Numbered from the stretch's first letter, positions 1-10,486 are shown. The stretch is 60,844 nt of DNA from an uncultured Gordonia sp. (GCA_964513715.1 CAZEOP010000001.1:1-60844), one strand, 5' to 3'. Notes: generated from the sequence alone by a model not told the origin. Made by a program: numbers and translations.

Positions 1-344
1 CCGTCGTACATCAGCGAGATCAGGGTGGCCCACACCGGGACGCCGCGGACGAAGTTCTTGGTCCCGTCGATCGGGTCGATGACCCACTGGCGTCCGGTCA
101 GTTCGGCGTCGCCGCCGAACTCCTCGCCGAGGATCGCGTCGTCGGGACGGTGTTCGGCGAGCAGCTCGCGCAGCAGGCGTTCGCACGACAGGTCGGCGTC
201 GGTGACCGGAGTCAGATCGGGTTTGTCGTCCACCCGCAGATCGAGCGCCCCGAATCGTGCGAGGGTGAGCTCATCGGCCGCGTCGGCCAGATCGAGGGCC
301 AAGCGCAGGTCGGAGTCGGGGGCGGCGTTTAGGATCGTAGCCAC
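1..344 (-). CDS. hisN: Histidinol-phosphatase (inositol monophosphatase family), 5' part; runs off the left edge
   Basis: Minus-strand translation gives ...[11 protein letters not shown]...ILGEEFGG...[26 protein letters not shown], the IMPase/HisN motifs; GTG at 344. Confidence 0.9.
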   Translation of the reverse strand, partial: MATILNAAPDSDLRLALDLADAADELTLARFGALDLRVDDKPDLTPVTDADLSCERLLRELLAEHRPDDAILGEEFGGDAELTGRQWVIDPIDGTKNFVRGVPVWATLISLMYD

Positions 345-423
345 GAGGATCGAGGCTAGCACTGGGTTGTGCGGCGCCGGGCGCTGGAGCGAAGCGCCGG
401 GGAACACACCGGAGGGGCAGGGG

Positions 424-1080
424 ATGACGACAGGGGCCGGGGCGGAGAGCGCGAGGTCGGAGGCCGAACGCGCTACTCGCCGCTTGCGCGATGAGATCGT
501 CAGCGGCGTGCGTGCCCCCGGCAGCCGGCTCGTCGAACGTGACCTGGCGGCCGATTACGGCGTGAGCCGGGTGCCTATCCGGGATGCGCTCCGGGCCCTC
601 GGGCGCGAGGGCCTGGTGCTGATCGAGCCGCACCGCGCCGCCGTGGTGCGGGAGTTCTCCGCGAGCGATGTGGTGGACCTCTATGAGGTGCGCTCGGCGC
701 TGGACGTGCTCTCGTTCCGGCTGGCCGCCCTGCGGCACGACCGCGCCGGGCTGCGCCGGCTGCGCGAGGTTCTCGACGACGGTGTGGCCGCCGCGGCGCG
801 CGACGATGAGGTGCGGGCCCGGCTGGCGGCCGCCGAATTCCACGACGTGGTGACCGCCCTGTCCGGGAACGTTCTGCTCAGCGAGGTCACCGAGGTGATC
901 CGCTCCCGGCTGCGCTGGCTGTTCGCCCAGCACGACGACCTGGTCGAGATGGCGAATGAACACGAGCGGCTCTACCAGGCGATCGCGGCCCGGGACGCGG
1001 ACCTGGTGGAGAAGCTGGTGCTGGACCACCTGGTGGTCAGTCGGGAGCACAAGGCCCGGCACGACGGCGTGCCGACCTGA
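424..1080 (+). CDS. GntR family transcriptional regulator (FCD C-terminal domain)
   Basis: [33 protein letters not shown] winged HTH; FHD..SGN..EH FCD motifs; ATG at 424. Confidence 0.92.
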   Translation: MTTGAGAESARSEAERATRRLRDEIVSGVRAPGSRLVERDLAADYGVSRVPIRDALRALGREGLVLIEPHRAAVVREFSASDVVDLYEVRSALDVLSFRLAALRHDRAGLRRLREVLDDGVAAAARDDEVRARLAAAEFHDVVTALSGNVLLSEVTEVIRSRLRWLFAQHDDLVEMANEHERLYQAIAARDADLVEKLVLDHLVVSREHKARHDGVPT

Positions 1081-1084
1081 CGGG

Positions 1085-1114
1085 TCCGGCCCCGCGGAAT
1101 TCCACGGGGCCGGA
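1085..1114. terminator. GC-rich hairpin between convergent gntR and carbamate kinase
   Basis: TCCGGCCCCG-CGGAATTCCA-CGGGGCCGGA inverted repeat. Confidence 0.65.
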
Positions 1115-1139
1115 GACGTCTGCCGCGCGCGGCCGGGGC

Positions 1140-2066
1140 TCAGACGTAGGTGAAGCCCTCCGGATGATCGGCGATCACCTCGGTGCCGACGGTGCCGGCC
1201 AGGATCTCGTCGAGTCGGTCGAGGGGACCGATCAGCGTGCGGCCGCCGGCGCGGGCGACGCGAATTGCGGCGTCGATCTTCGGCTGCATGGAGCCCTCCT
1301 CGAATTCCAGCTCGGCGAGCGCATCGGCCGAGGCCCGGCGGATCTCGCGCTGCTCGGGCGTGCCCCAGTCGCGGCTGACGTAGTCGGCGTCGGTCAACAG
1401 GACCAGGACGTCGGCGCCGAGCTCGGCGGCCAGCGCCGCGCTGGCCAGATCCTTGTCGACCACCGCCTGCATGCCGATCTGGCGGTCGCCGTCCACCTTG
1501 ACCGGAACACCGCCGCCGCCGACGCAGACCACCACATGGCCGGCGTCCAGCAGCATCCGGACCGTCTCGGACTGCATCACCCGGATCGGGTCGGGGGAGG
1601 GGACCACGCGCCGGAAGGCGTCGCCGTCCCGGGCGATGGTCCACCGGTACTCGGCGGCGGCCTCGGCCGCATCCTGTGCGGAGTAGGTGGGACCGATGAG
1701 CTTGGTGGGCCGGGCGAACGACGGGTCCATGTCGTCGACGGCGGTGGTGGTGAGCAGCGCCGTGACCGTCCGCTCGCCGGCGAGCGCGTTCGACAGCTCC
1801 TGCTGCACCACATAGCCGATCATGCCCTGGGTCTCGGCGCCGAGCACGTCCAGCGGATAGGCGGCGACGTCCTGGTAGGCGAGGTTCTGCAGGGCGAGCA
1901 GACCGACCTGCGGCCCGTTCCCGTGGGTGATCACCACCTCGTGCTCGTGGATCAGCCCCACCAGCGACTGGCAGGCCGTGTTCACGTTCGCGCGCAGTCG
2001 GTCCGCCGTCGCCTGTTCGCCACGTCGTGCCAGGGCATTACCGCCCAGTGCGACCACAATCCGCAT
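1140..2066 (-). CDS. arcC: Carbamate kinase (ArcC/YahI/AllK family)
   Basis: IVVALGGNAL, ITHGNGPQVG, AETQGMIGY, PTKLIGP, RRVVPSP, GGGGVPV, VVDKDLAS, GSMQPK. Confidence 0.95.
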   Translation of the reverse strand: MRIVVALGGNALARRGEQATADRLRANVNTACQSLVGLIHEHEVVITHGNGPQVGLLALQNLAYQDVAAYPLDVLGAETQGMIGYVVQQELSNALAGERTVTALLTTTAVDDMDPSFARPTKLIGPTYSAQDAAEAAAEYRWTIARDGDAFRRVVPSPDPIRVMQSETVRMLLDAGHVVVCVGGGGVPVKVDGDRQIGMQAVVDKDLASAALAAELGADVLVLLTDADYVSRDWGTPEQREIRRASADALAELEFEEGSMQPKIDAAIRVARAGGRTLIGPLDRLDEILAGTVGTEVIADHPEGFTYV

Positions 2067-2134
2067 GGTCTTTAGTCCTTTGTTTTCGAGGAGTTCAGGC
2101 GGGCTGTCGCCAAACGTCTGAATTGATCGAACTC

Positions 2135-2146
2135 ACGGTATACCGT
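2135..2146. promoter_or_regulatory. Putative GntR operator in the divergent promoter region
   Basis: Perfect palindrome ACGGTATACCGT; same GGTATACC core recurs at 2555. Confidence 0.55.
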
Positions 2147-2237
2147 CTGGATCATCGAGCGGCGGGAGTTGGACATATCGGCTCCGGCGCAGATCGGCGA
2201 CACAGGCCGGCGGCGGCCCGGAGGGAGCGAAGTGCAG

Positions 2238-3161
2238 ATGATCGCGAGCTGCGCGGCGTCGGGCGTCCGGATCGCCGTGCTGTCGGTGGACGCCGAGCTG
2301 GCGGCCGTCCTCGGCGCCGATCCCGGGCCGACCCGGGTGCACTCGGTATTCGAGCACGTCATCAACATCATCGACGGGGGCGGCCGGTTGTTCTCGCTCG
2401 CCGCCGCCGGGCTCGACGATGCGCCGTGGACCCTCCGCGCCGATCTGGACCGGTGGACCTCGACGAGTCTGCGGCCGGGCCGCCCGGTCATCGTGGGCGG
2501 CGGGCGCCTCGTGATTCCGGACGTGCTCGAACTCTCCGTGGACGACGCCCGACTTTGGTATACCAATCAACTGCCTCCTGTCCCGCCCGAACCCGGAGAG
2601 CTGCGGACGGTCCGGGACGCTCTGGACGCCGCGATCCGCGTGCACGGGGTGTCCGGCGGGGCGCTCCCGGCGGTCGGAGCGGGCACCGTGGCGCGCGCCG
2701 TGTCCGAGGCCGTCGTGGACCGGGGCCGCCGGCTCGGCGAGGCGCTCGTGGCGGGGGACCGCGCCGGGGCGCAGACCGCGACGCGCGGGCTGATCGGCCT
2801 GGGGTCCGGGCTGACCCCGGCGGGCGACGACTTCCTCAGCGGACTGCTGCTGAGCGCGGCCCGGCCCGGCAGCGGCTTCGCCGGCTACCAGGAGATCGCC
2901 GCCGCCGTGCTCGACGGCGCCGACGGACAGACCACCGAGCTGAGCCTGCAGACCCTGCGCGAGGCACTGCGCGGCCGGACCCGGCAGCGGATCGCCGACC
3001 TGCTGACCCTGACCGCTGCCCCCGCCGGACCGCGCCGCGCCGCCGACCTCGCCGACGCGGCGGCGCGGGTCGCCGCCATCGGACACACCTCCGGGACCGA
3101 CATCCTCGCCGGTCTCCGCGCTGGACTCGACCTGGAACTACGACTGAAAGGCTCACCGTGA
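2238..3161 (+). CDS. DUF2877 protein (YahE/YlbF-AllH family)
   Basis: VHSVFEHVIN, LIGLGSGLTPAGDDFLSG, IGHTSGTDILAG motifs; start uncertain (2169 or 2238). Confidence 0.85.
   Translation: MIASCAASGVRIAVLSVDAELAAVLGADPGPTRVHSVFEHVINIIDGGGRLFSLAAAGLDDAPWTLRADLDRWTSTSLRPGRPVIVGGGRLVIPDVLELSVDDARLWYTNQLPPVPPEPGELRTVRDALDAAIRVHGVSGGALPAVGAGTVARAVSEAVVDRGRRLGEALVAGDRAGAQTATRGLIGLGSGLTPAGDDFLSGLLLSAARPGSGFAGYQEIAAAVLDGADGQTTELSLQTLREALRGRTRQRIADLLTLTAAPAGPRRAADLADAAARVAAIGHTSGTDILAGLRAGLDLELRLKGSP
2555..2566. promoter_or_regulatory. Putative intragenic GntR operator
   Basis: Perfect AT-rich palindrome TTGGTATACCAA inside a GC-rich CDS. Confidence 0.5.
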
Positions 3162-4702
3162 CTGTCAACGTGGTGATCAAACCGAACACCTACATCGATT
3201 CGGTATCGCTGATGGCGATGTCGACCAAGGCCAATCAGCTCGACGGCGTCGAGCAGGCGTTCATCGCCATGGCCACCGACATGAACAAGGGCGTCCTCGA
3301 CAGCCTCGGTCTGCTCACTCCGGAGCTGGCGCAGGCCGCGGGCGGCGACCTGATGATCGTGGTGGTCTCCGAGGAGGGCGCCGACACCGACGCCATCGAC
3401 GAGGGCATCGCACTGCTGCTGGCCCGCAAGGCGCCCGCGGACGGGGATGCGCAGATCACCCATCGCACGCTCGCCTCGGCGGTGGAGGCCGATCCGGCCG
3501 CAAATCTCGCGGTGATCGCGGTGAACGGTGCCTTCGCCGCGCGCGAGGCGCGCAAGGCGCTCGAACGCGGCCTGCACGTCATGTTGTTCAGCGACAACGT
3601 CCCGGTCGACGACGAGATCGCCCTCAAGGCCCTGGCCCACGAGAAGGGACTGCTGATGATGGGGCCGGACTGCGGCACCGCGATCATCGACGGCGTCGGC
3701 CTCTGCTTCGCGAACAAGGTCCGGCGCGGCCGTATCGGCGTGGTCGCCGCCTCCGGCACCGGCTCGCAGGAGGTCAGCGTCCGGGTGCACGCCCTCGGCG
3801 CCGGCATCTCCCAGCTGATCGGCACCGGCGGCCGGGACCTGAGCGCCGAGGTCGGCGGGGTCATGATGATCGACGGAATCCGCGCGCTCGCCGCCGATCC
3901 GGACACCGATGTGATCGTGCTGGTCTCCAAGCCGCCGGCCGACGAGGTGGCCGAGAAGGTGCTGCGCGAGGTGGCCTCGGCGGGCAAACCCGTCGTCGTC
4001 TACTTCATCGGCGGCGCGGCCGGACCGGTCGAGGCGGCCGGCGGCCACTTCGCCGCGAGCAGCGAGGACGCCGCGGTGCAGGCCGTGCGGCTGACCGGGG
4101 CGGCGGACGCGCAGGAGAGCGTGCTCGACGAGCAGCGGGTCGCCGCCGCGCGCGCCCGGCTCGGCGACGGCCAGCGGTACGTCCGCGGCCTGTTCTGCGG
4201 CGGCACCCTGTGCGACGAGGCCATGTATGCCGTCGCCGCCACCGGCGCCGAGGTGAACAGCAACCTCGCGAAAGAACCGGACCGGCAGATCGGTCCCGGC
4301 GATCCGAGCCGCGGCCACACCTTCATCGACTTCGGCTCCGACGAGTACACCGACGGCAAGCCGCACCCGATGATCGATCCGAGCAACCGGCTGGCCCGGC
4401 TGGCCCAGGAGGCCGCCGATCCGTCGGTCGCCGTCATCGTCATGGACTTCGTCCTCGGCTTCGGCGCCCACGAGGATCCGGCGGGCGTCACCCTCGAGGC
4501 CATCGCCGACGCCCAGCGCATCGCGGCCGAAGACGGCCGGCAGCTCGAGATCGTCGGCTACGTCCTCGGCACCGACGTGGACACCCCGTCGCTCGACGCC
4601 CAGCGCGCCGCCCTGGAGGCGGCCGGCGTCACGGTCACCCGCAGCAGCACCGAAACCGGCCGCTACATCTCCGCGGTCGTCGCCAAGGAGGCACACGCAT
4701 GA
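3158..4702 (+). CDS. fdrA: FdrA/YahF-like acyl-CoA synthetase-family protein
   Basis: NTYIDSVSLM, VMLFSDNV, MMGPDCGTAII, ASGTGSQE, GTGGRDLS, GLFCGGTLCDEA, PHPMIDP; GTGA overlap with upstream stop. Confidence 0.92.
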   Translation: MTVNVVIKPNTYIDSVSLMAMSTKANQLDGVEQAFIAMATDMNKGVLDSLGLLTPELAQAAGGDLMIVVVSEEGADTDAIDEGIALLLARKAPADGDAQITHRTLASAVEADPAANLAVIAVNGAFAAREARKALERGLHVMLFSDNVPVDDEIALKALAHEKGLLMMGPDCGTAIIDGVGLCFANKVRRGRIGVVAASGTGSQEVSVRVHALGAGISQLIGTGGRDLSAEVGGVMMIDGIRALAADPDTDVIVLVSKPPADEVAEKVLREVASAGKPVVVYFIGGAAGPVEAAGGHFAASSEDAAVQAVRLTGAADAQESVLDEQRVAAARARLGDGQRYVRGLFCGGTLCDEAMYAVAATGAEVNSNLAKEPDRQIGPGDPSRGHTFIDFGSDEYTDGKPHPMIDPSNRLARLAQEAADPSVAVIVMDFVLGFGAHEDPAGVTLEAIADAQRIAAEDGRQLEIVGYVLGTDVDTPSLDAQRAALEAAGVTVTRSSTETGRYISAVVAKEAHA

Positions 4703-6126
4703 GCACGCCCATCGCAGACCTGTTCGCCACCGACCTGAACGTCGTGAACGTCGGTCCGGCCATGTTCGGCGACGACGTCGCCGCCCAGGGGGCCGCGGTG
4801 ACCACCGTCGAATGGTCGCCGCCCGGCGGCGGCCGCCCCGACGTGGTGGCCGCCCTGGACTTGCTGGAACGCCCGGACATCGCCGAGCGCATCGAGCGGG
4901 CCAACCGCGAAGCGGTCGACCGCATCCTGTCGAGCAAGCCGAAGCTGATCGGCTTCGGCCGCGCCCTCGACGTGGTGCCCGGGATGACGGCCACCACCAT
5001 CCTGCACGCCGGACCGCCCATCGCCTTCGAGGACATGAACGGCCCGATGACCGGTGCCGTCCTGGGCGCCCTCGTCTTCGAGGGCTTGGCCACCGACCTC
5101 GACGACGCGCAGCGGGTCGCCGCCTCGGGCGCCATCACCTTCTCGCCGTGCCACGAGCACGACTGCGTCGGCTCCATGGCCGGGGTCACCTCGGCGTCGA
5201 TGTACATGCACATCCTGGAGAACGAGACCCACGGCAACCGGACCTACACCAACCTGTCCGAGCAGCTCGCCAAGATCCTCCGGATGGGCGCCAACGACCA
5301 GTCGGTGGTCGACCGCCTGGTGTGGATGCGCGACGTCCTCGGGCCGATGCTGGCCGAGGCGATGGAGATCGTCGGCCCCATCGACCTGCAGCTGCTGCTG
5401 GCGCAGGCGCTGCACATGGGCGACGAGGCGCACAACCGGAACATCGCCGGCACGCTGCTGTTCATGCAGGCGCTCGCGCCGGGGCTGGTGCAGTCCTCGT
5501 TCACCACCGAGCAGAAGCGCGAGGTCTTCGACTTCATCGCGAGCTCGGACTACTTCTCCGGTCCGGTGTGGCTGGCGATGGCCAAGCTGATCATGGACGC
5601 CGGCCACGGCATCCCCGACTCGACCATCGTCACCACCATGTGCCGCAACGGCGTCGAGTTCGGTCTGCGGGTGTCCGGCCTGCCCGGCTTCCACTGGCTC
5701 ACCGGCCCGGCGCAGCAGATCATCGGACCGATGTTCGCCGGCTACAAGCCCGAAGACTCGGGCCTGGACATGGGCGACAGCGCGATCAGCGAGACCGCCG
5801 GCTTCGGCGGCTTCGCGATGGCCGCGGCGCCGGCCATCGTCGCCCTCGTCGGCGGCACCGTGGCCGACGCGGTGGCGTACACGCGTGAGATGGGCGAGAT
5901 CACCACCGACACCAACCCGAACTGGACCATCCCGGCGCTGAACTTCGTCGGGCTGCCCACCGGAATCGATGTGCGCAAGGTGCTCGACACGGGCATCGTG
6001 CCGGTGATCAACACGGCCATCGCGCACAAGGAGGCCGGCATCGGCATGATCGGCGCCGGCATCACCCATCCGCCGATGGTCGTCTTCGAGAAGGCGATCC
6101 TCGATCTCGCGGCGACCTTCGCCTGA
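4699..6126 (+). CDS. DUF1116 protein (YahG/YlbE-AllG family)
   Basis: ILHAGPPI, PCHEHDCVGSMAGVTSASM, MGDEAHNRN, RNGVEFG, DMGDSAISET, INTAIAHKEAGIGMIGAG; ATGA overlap. Confidence 0.9.
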   Translation: MSTPIADLFATDLNVVNVGPAMFGDDVAAQGAAVTTVEWSPPGGGRPDVVAALDLLERPDIAERIERANREAVDRILSSKPKLIGFGRALDVVPGMTATTILHAGPPIAFEDMNGPMTGAVLGALVFEGLATDLDDAQRVAASGAITFSPCHEHDCVGSMAGVTSASMYMHILENETHGNRTYTNLSEQLAKILRMGANDQSVVDRLVWMRDVLGPMLAEAMEIVGPIDLQLLLAQALHMGDEAHNRNIAGTLLFMQALAPGLVQSSFTTEQKREVFDFIASSDYFSGPVWLAMAKLIMDAGHGIPDSTIVTTMCRNGVEFGLRVSGLPGFHWLTGPAQQIIGPMFAGYKPEDSGLDMGDSAISETAGFGGFAMAAAPAIVALVGGTVADAVAYTREMGEITTDTNPNWTIPALNFVGLPTGIDVRKVLDTGIVPVINTAIAHKEAGIGMIGAGITHPPMVVFEKAILDLAATFA

Positions 6127-6147
6127 CCGGCGGTCGGCGCGAACCGG

Positions 6148-6178
6148 GACAGACGAGAACAGCGACAGACGAGAACAG
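6148..6178 (+). repeat. Two tandem copies of a 15-bp unit upstream of the DUF1097 gene
   Basis: GACAGACGAGAACAG-C-GACAGACGAGAACAG. Confidence 0.8.
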
Positions 6179-6681
6179 TGAACAGATACACCATCGCAAC
6201 CGCGGCGTTCACCGGTCTGCTGTGCGGCCTGTGGGGCGGCTTCGCCGGGGACTTCGGCTTCTCGGCGTGGGCCGGCTTCGCCGGCTGCACGGCGTATTTC
6301 GCGGTCGGTGAGCGCCTGCTCCGCGGCGTCTGGCTGACGCTGGTGGCGGCATTCGTCGGCGTCGGCATGGCCTGGCTGATGATCCAGGGCGCCGCCGGAC
6401 TGGGCGGCGAGAGCTGGGCCTACGCGGTGTCGGTGGGCGTACTGGTCATGGCCATCGTGCTGCTCGGGCAGTTCTCCTGGACCGTGTTCATACCGGGCAT
6501 GTTCGTCGGCTGCTATTCGCTGTTCGCGATCGAGGAGAACAATGTGCCGGTGCTGCTCGCCTCGTTGACGGCCGGGGTGATCCTCGGTCTGCTCTGCGAC
6601 TGGGGCGGAAGCACGCTGTTCGCGCGGTGGCGGCCGGCGGAGGCCGCCCCCGCGGCGGCCCCCGCCGTCGGCGAAGGGTGA
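6178..6681 (+). CDS. DUF1097 (YahC-like) membrane protein
   Basis: Hydrophobic; WAGFAGCTAYFA and FIPGMFVGCYSLFA motifs. Confidence 0.8.
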   Translation: MNRYTIATAAFTGLLCGLWGGFAGDFGFSAWAGFAGCTAYFAVGERLLRGVWLTLVAAFVGVGMAWLMIQGAAGLGGESWAYAVSVGVLVMAIVLLGQFSWTVFIPGMFVGCYSLFAIEENNVPVLLASLTAGVILGLLCDWGGSTLFARWRPAEAAPAAAPAVGEG

Positions 6682-6760
6682 TTCCGGGCGCCGGTCAACG
6701 GCCGAACACGGCCGCTCGCGAAGGGTGAACCGCGGTATTTCGCGCAGGTAGGGTGGGGCC

Positions 6761-7117
6761 ATGCCGAACTGGGTCACCATCGTGTTCATCCTGCTGATCG
6801 CGGGCACCCTCGCCTCGTTCTTCATCGGCCGCAGCCGATGGGCGGCCGGCGGCTCCACCACCGCGGCCGCCGGTTACGCTGGCGGCACCCTGACCGTCAC
6901 CGGGGTCAGCGGCCGCGGTCACGCCGACAAGAACGGCGCCGTCAACGTCACCGTCTCGGGCACCATCGTGGGCGATGCGACGGCGCCGACCGAGGTCTAC
7001 GGCACGATGGTGCTCAACACCGGTGACCGCGATCCGTTCGTCGGGCAGGAGTTCCAGGTGGTCTACAAGCCGGGCAAGACCGAGAGCACCTGGCGATTCG
7101 GCACCTTGGGCGGCTGA
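6761..7117 (+). CDS. Hypothetical membrane-anchored protein
   Basis: N-terminal TM, GC3-biased codons, TAGGGT -10 six nt before ATG (leaderless). Confidence 0.75.
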   Translation: MPNWVTIVFILLIAGTLASFFIGRSRWAAGGSTTAAAGYAGGTLTVTGVSGRGHADKNGAVNVTVSGTIVGDATAPTEVYGTMVLNTGDRDPFVGQEFQVVYKPGKTESTWRFGTLGG

Positions 7118-7147
7118 GAATCCGCGGTGTCGGTAGGCTGACGTGTT

Positions 7148-8266
7148 GTGCACCCCGAAGTCTCCGCTGATCTGGAATCGCTGAACACCACCCTCACCAC
7201 GGTCGAGAAGGTGATGGATCTCGACGAGCTCCGCAGCCGGATCTCCGAGCTCGAGATGCAGGCCAGCGATCCCGAACTGTGGAACGACCAGGACCACGCG
7301 CAGCAGGTCACCAGCTCGCTCTCGTACGCGCAATCGGAGTTGCGGCGCGTCACCGAGCTGCGCGGCCGGCTCGACGATCTGCCGGTCCTCTACGAGCTGG
7401 TCGAGATGGAAGAGGGCGACGCCCGGGCGCAGGCCGAGCGAGACGCGGACGCCGAGCGGGCCGCGCTGCGCGCCGACATCGAGGCCATGGAGGTCAAGAC
7501 CATGCTCGCCGGCGAGTACGACTCGCGCGAGGCCGTGGTCAACATCCGGTCGGGCGCCGGCGGCGTGGACGCGGCGGACTGGGCCCAGATGCTGATGCGC
7601 ATGTACGTCCGCTGGGCCGAACAGCACGGCTATCCCGTCGAGGTCTACGACACCAGCTACGCCGAGGAGGCGGGCATCAAGTCGGCCACCTTCGTGGTGA
7701 AGGCGCCGTACATGTACGGCACGCTGTCGGTGGAGCAGGGCACCCATCGCCTGGTGCGCATCAGCCCCTTCGACAACCAGGGCCGGCGACAGACCTCGTT
7801 CGCCGAGGTCGAGGTGCTGCCCGTGGTGGAGACCACCGACCACATCGACATCGACGAGAACGAGGTGAAGGTCGACGTCTACCGGTCGTCCGGCCCGGGC
7901 GGCCAGTCGGTCAACACCACCGACTCGGCGGTGCGCCTGACGCACATCCCGACCGGGATCGTGGTCACCTGTCAGAACGAGAAGAGCCAGCTGCAGAACA
8001 AGGCCTCGGCCATGCGCGTGCTCGCGGCCAAGCTGCTCGAGCGCAAGCGCCAGGAGGAGCGGGCTCAGCTCGATGCCCTCAAGTCCGACAGCGGCAGCAG
8101 CTGGGGCAACCAGATGCGCTCGTACGTCCTGCACCCGTACCAGATGGTCAAGGACCTGCGCACCGGAGTCGAGGGCAACAACCCGACCGCGGTGCTCGAC
8201 GGCGACCTGGATGAGTTCATCGAGGCGGGCATCCGCTGGCGGATGGACGACGACGGCGACCAGTAG
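7148..8266 (+). CDS. prfB: Peptide chain release factor 2
   Basis: SPF tripeptide and GGQ motif; uninterrupted ORF. Confidence 0.98.
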   Translation: MHPEVSADLESLNTTLTTVEKVMDLDELRSRISELEMQASDPELWNDQDHAQQVTSSLSYAQSELRRVTELRGRLDDLPVLYELVEMEEGDARAQAERDADAERAALRADIEAMEVKTMLAGEYDSREAVVNIRSGAGGVDAADWAQMLMRMYVRWAEQHGYPVEVYDTSYAEEAGIKSATFVVKAPYMYGTLSVEQGTHRLVRISPFDNQGRRQTSFAEVEVLPVVETTDHIDIDENEVKVDVYRSSGPGGQSVNTTDSAVRLTHIPTGIVVTCQNEKSQLQNKASAMRVLAAKLLERKRQEERAQLDALKSDSGSSWGNQMRSYVLHPYQMVKDLRTGVEGNNPTAVLDGDLDEFIEAGIRWRMDDDGDQ

Positions 8267-8304
8267 CGGCGCACGATGACGACAGCGACGGACACGCGCG
8301 ACGG

Positions 8305-9249
8305 ATGCGAGCGCTCGTGACGAGCAAGCCGAACGACCAGGTCACCTACGTCAGCACCGCGCTCGGCCTGCCCGAGTGGGCGGCATATCTGGAGCAGTGG
8401 GTCGCCACCAAGGGGCTGGCGATCGTGCTGTGGGTGATCGGCGGCATCCTGGTCGCACGCTTCCTGCGCTGGCTGGCCAACCGTTACGAGCTCCGGGTGG
8501 ACCGCAAGTTCCACCACAGCGATGCGATCGTGCAGACCGAGGATGCCAAGCATCGTCGCGCCCTGGTCGACGTGGTGGTGTGGACGCTGATCGCGGTCGT
8601 CGCGGTGCTGGTCTTCCTGCAGGTGATGGAACTGCTGAACATCAAGACCTCCAGCCTGGTGGGACCGACCGCGGTGATCGGTGCGGCGCTCGGTTTCGGC
8701 GCGCAGCGCGTGGTGCAGGACATCCTGGCCGGCTTCTTCGTGGTGGCCGAGCACCAGTACGGCTACGGCGACATGGTGCGTCTCACCGTCGGCTCGTCGG
8801 CCACCGCCGAGGGCACCGTGGAGGACGTGACCCTGCGGGTCACCAAGCTGCGCACCAGCGACGGCGAGATGATCACCGTGCCCAACGGGCAGGTGATCAA
8901 GGTCAACAACCTGTCCCGCGAGTGGGCGCGCGCCGTGGTCGACGTTCCGGTGCCCGCCGACGCCGACATCTCGACGGTCACCGACGTGCTCCGCCGGGTG
9001 GGCGAGGCCTTCTTCGCCGATCCCGAGTGGCATCCGCTGCTGCTGGACGCGCCGACGCCGCTTGGGGTGACGGACCTGGAACTGGACTCGGTGACCGTGC
9101 GGATGGTGGCCCGGACCCTGCCGGGCAAGCAGTTCGACGTCGGGCGCGCGCTGCGCGTGCAGATCGTGCGGGCACTCGCCCGCAGCGGCATCACCGTGCC
9201 CGCCGGTGCGCCGACGGCCGACGAGCGGGGAGGTGACGGCGATGAGTGA
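8305..9249 (+). CDS. MscS family mechanosensitive channel
   Basis: GAALGFGAQRVVQDILAGFF, EGTVEDVTLRVTKLR, VPNG; synteny with prfB. Confidence 0.92.
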   Translation: MRALVTSKPNDQVTYVSTALGLPEWAAYLEQWVATKGLAIVLWVIGGILVARFLRWLANRYELRVDRKFHHSDAIVQTEDAKHRRALVDVVVWTLIAVVAVLVFLQVMELLNIKTSSLVGPTAVIGAALGFGAQRVVQDILAGFFVVAEHQYGYGDMVRLTVGSSATAEGTVEDVTLRVTKLRTSDGEMITVPNGQVIKVNNLSREWARAVVDVPVPADADISTVTDVLRRVGEAFFADPEWHPLLLDAPTPLGVTDLELDSVTVRMVARTLPGKQFDVGRALRVQIVRALARSGITVPAGAPTADERGGDGDE

Positions 9250-9718
9250 CGAGCACCGTTCGCCGATCACCGGCGCCCTGCACCTGGCCCGGACCGACGA
9301 GGAGGCCGGGAATGGTCGGCCGGGCCGCTGGCGCGAGCTGTGGCAGCGGATCGGGCACATCTACCGGACCCGGGTGCGGACCACCACGGTGCTGCTGGTG
9401 GTGGCCTGGCTCGCCGGCCTGGTGCTGTACATGTTCACCGCGAACCACTACGGGGTGATCCCCGCGCCGCCGAACCAGCAGCGCCCGGTCGTCACCACCC
9501 CGGTGGTGCCGACGGAGACGCCGACGCCGGAGCCGACCGCCACCACCGAGTCGGTGGAGCCCTCGGCCGAGCCCGACGGGTCCGCGGCTTCGCCGTCCTC
9601 GCGCACGCCGTCGCCCGGATCGTCGCCCGAGGACGGGGGCGTCCTGGACCGGTTGACCAGTCCGCTGCGCCCGGCGCCGACCACCACCACGACCGGCGGA
9701 GCGGTGCCGAGCGCCTGA
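9242..9718 (+). CDS. Pro/Thr-rich membrane-anchored protein (Rv3103c-like by synteny)
   Basis: One TM segment followed by a PT-rich tail; lies between mscS and ftsE. Confidence 0.7.
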   Translation: MSDEHRSPITGALHLARTDEEAGNGRPGRWRELWQRIGHIYRTRVRTTTVLLVVAWLAGLVLYMFTANHYGVIPAPPNQQRPVVTTPVVPTETPTPEPTATTESVEPSAEPDGSAASPSSRTPSPGSSPEDGGVLDRLTSPLRPAPTTTTTGGAVPSA

Positions 9719-9789
9719 GGTGGGAACCGGCAGCGTGGCGCACGCGCGCCTGAGCGGTCCGCTCAGATGCCGCCGGTAGACTTCCCGGG

Positions 9790-10476
9790 GTGATCAAGCT
9801 GACCGACGTGACGATGCAGTACCCGAAGTCCAGCCGGCCCGCGCTGCAGGATCTCTCGCTGGAGATCGACCGGGGCGAGTTCGCCTTCCTCATCGGGCCG
9901 TCCGGTTCGGGTAAGTCGACCTTCTTCCGGCTGCTGCTCAAGGAGGACAAGCCGACCTCGGGCGACGTCTGGGTCAACGACTTCCACGTCAACACCATCA
10001 AGGCCCGGCAGGTGCCCAAGCTGCGCCAGTCGATCGGCTGTGTCTTCCAGGACTTCCGGCTGCTGCAGCAGAAGACCGTCGCCGACAACGTCGCCTTCGC
10101 TCTCGAGGTGATCGGCAAGCCGGTGTCGACGATCCGGGAGACGGTGCCCGAAGTCCTCGAGTACGTCGGCCTGGCCGGCAAGTCCGACCGGATGCCGTCG
10201 GAGCTGTCCGGCGGCGAGATGCAGCGGGTGGCCATCGCCCGCGCCATCGTCAACCGGCCCGCGGTGCTGCTGGCCGACGAGCCCACCGGCAACCTGGACC
10301 CGGAGACCTCCGAGGAGATCGTCGAGGTCCTGGACCGCGTGCACCGGCGCGGCACCACGGTGGTCATGGCCACCCACGACCGGCACATCGTGGACGCGAT
10401 GCGCCGTCGTGTTCTGGAATTCGACAACGGCCGGCTCGTGCGCAACGACGAGACCGGCGTCTACGGGATCGGCTAG
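9790..10476 (+). CDS. ftsE: Cell division ABC ATPase FtsE
   Basis: [40 protein letters not shown]. Confidence 0.97.
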   Translation: MIKLTDVTMQYPKSSRPALQDLSLEIDRGEFAFLIGPSGSGKSTFFRLLLKEDKPTSGDVWVNDFHVNTIKARQVPKLRQSIGCVFQDFRLLQQKTVADNVAFALEVIGKPVSTIRETVPEVLEYVGLAGKSDRMPSELSGGEMQRVAIARAIVNRPAVLLADEPTGNLDPETSEEIVEVLDRVHRRGTTVVMATHDRHIVDAMRRRVLEFDNGRLVRNDETGVYGIG

Positions 10477-10486
10477 GGCGGGGAAC

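Noticed and set aside
7148-8266. Programmed +1 frameshift in prfB
   Set aside because: The ORF is continuous with no CTTTGA site, as is normal for Actinomycetota
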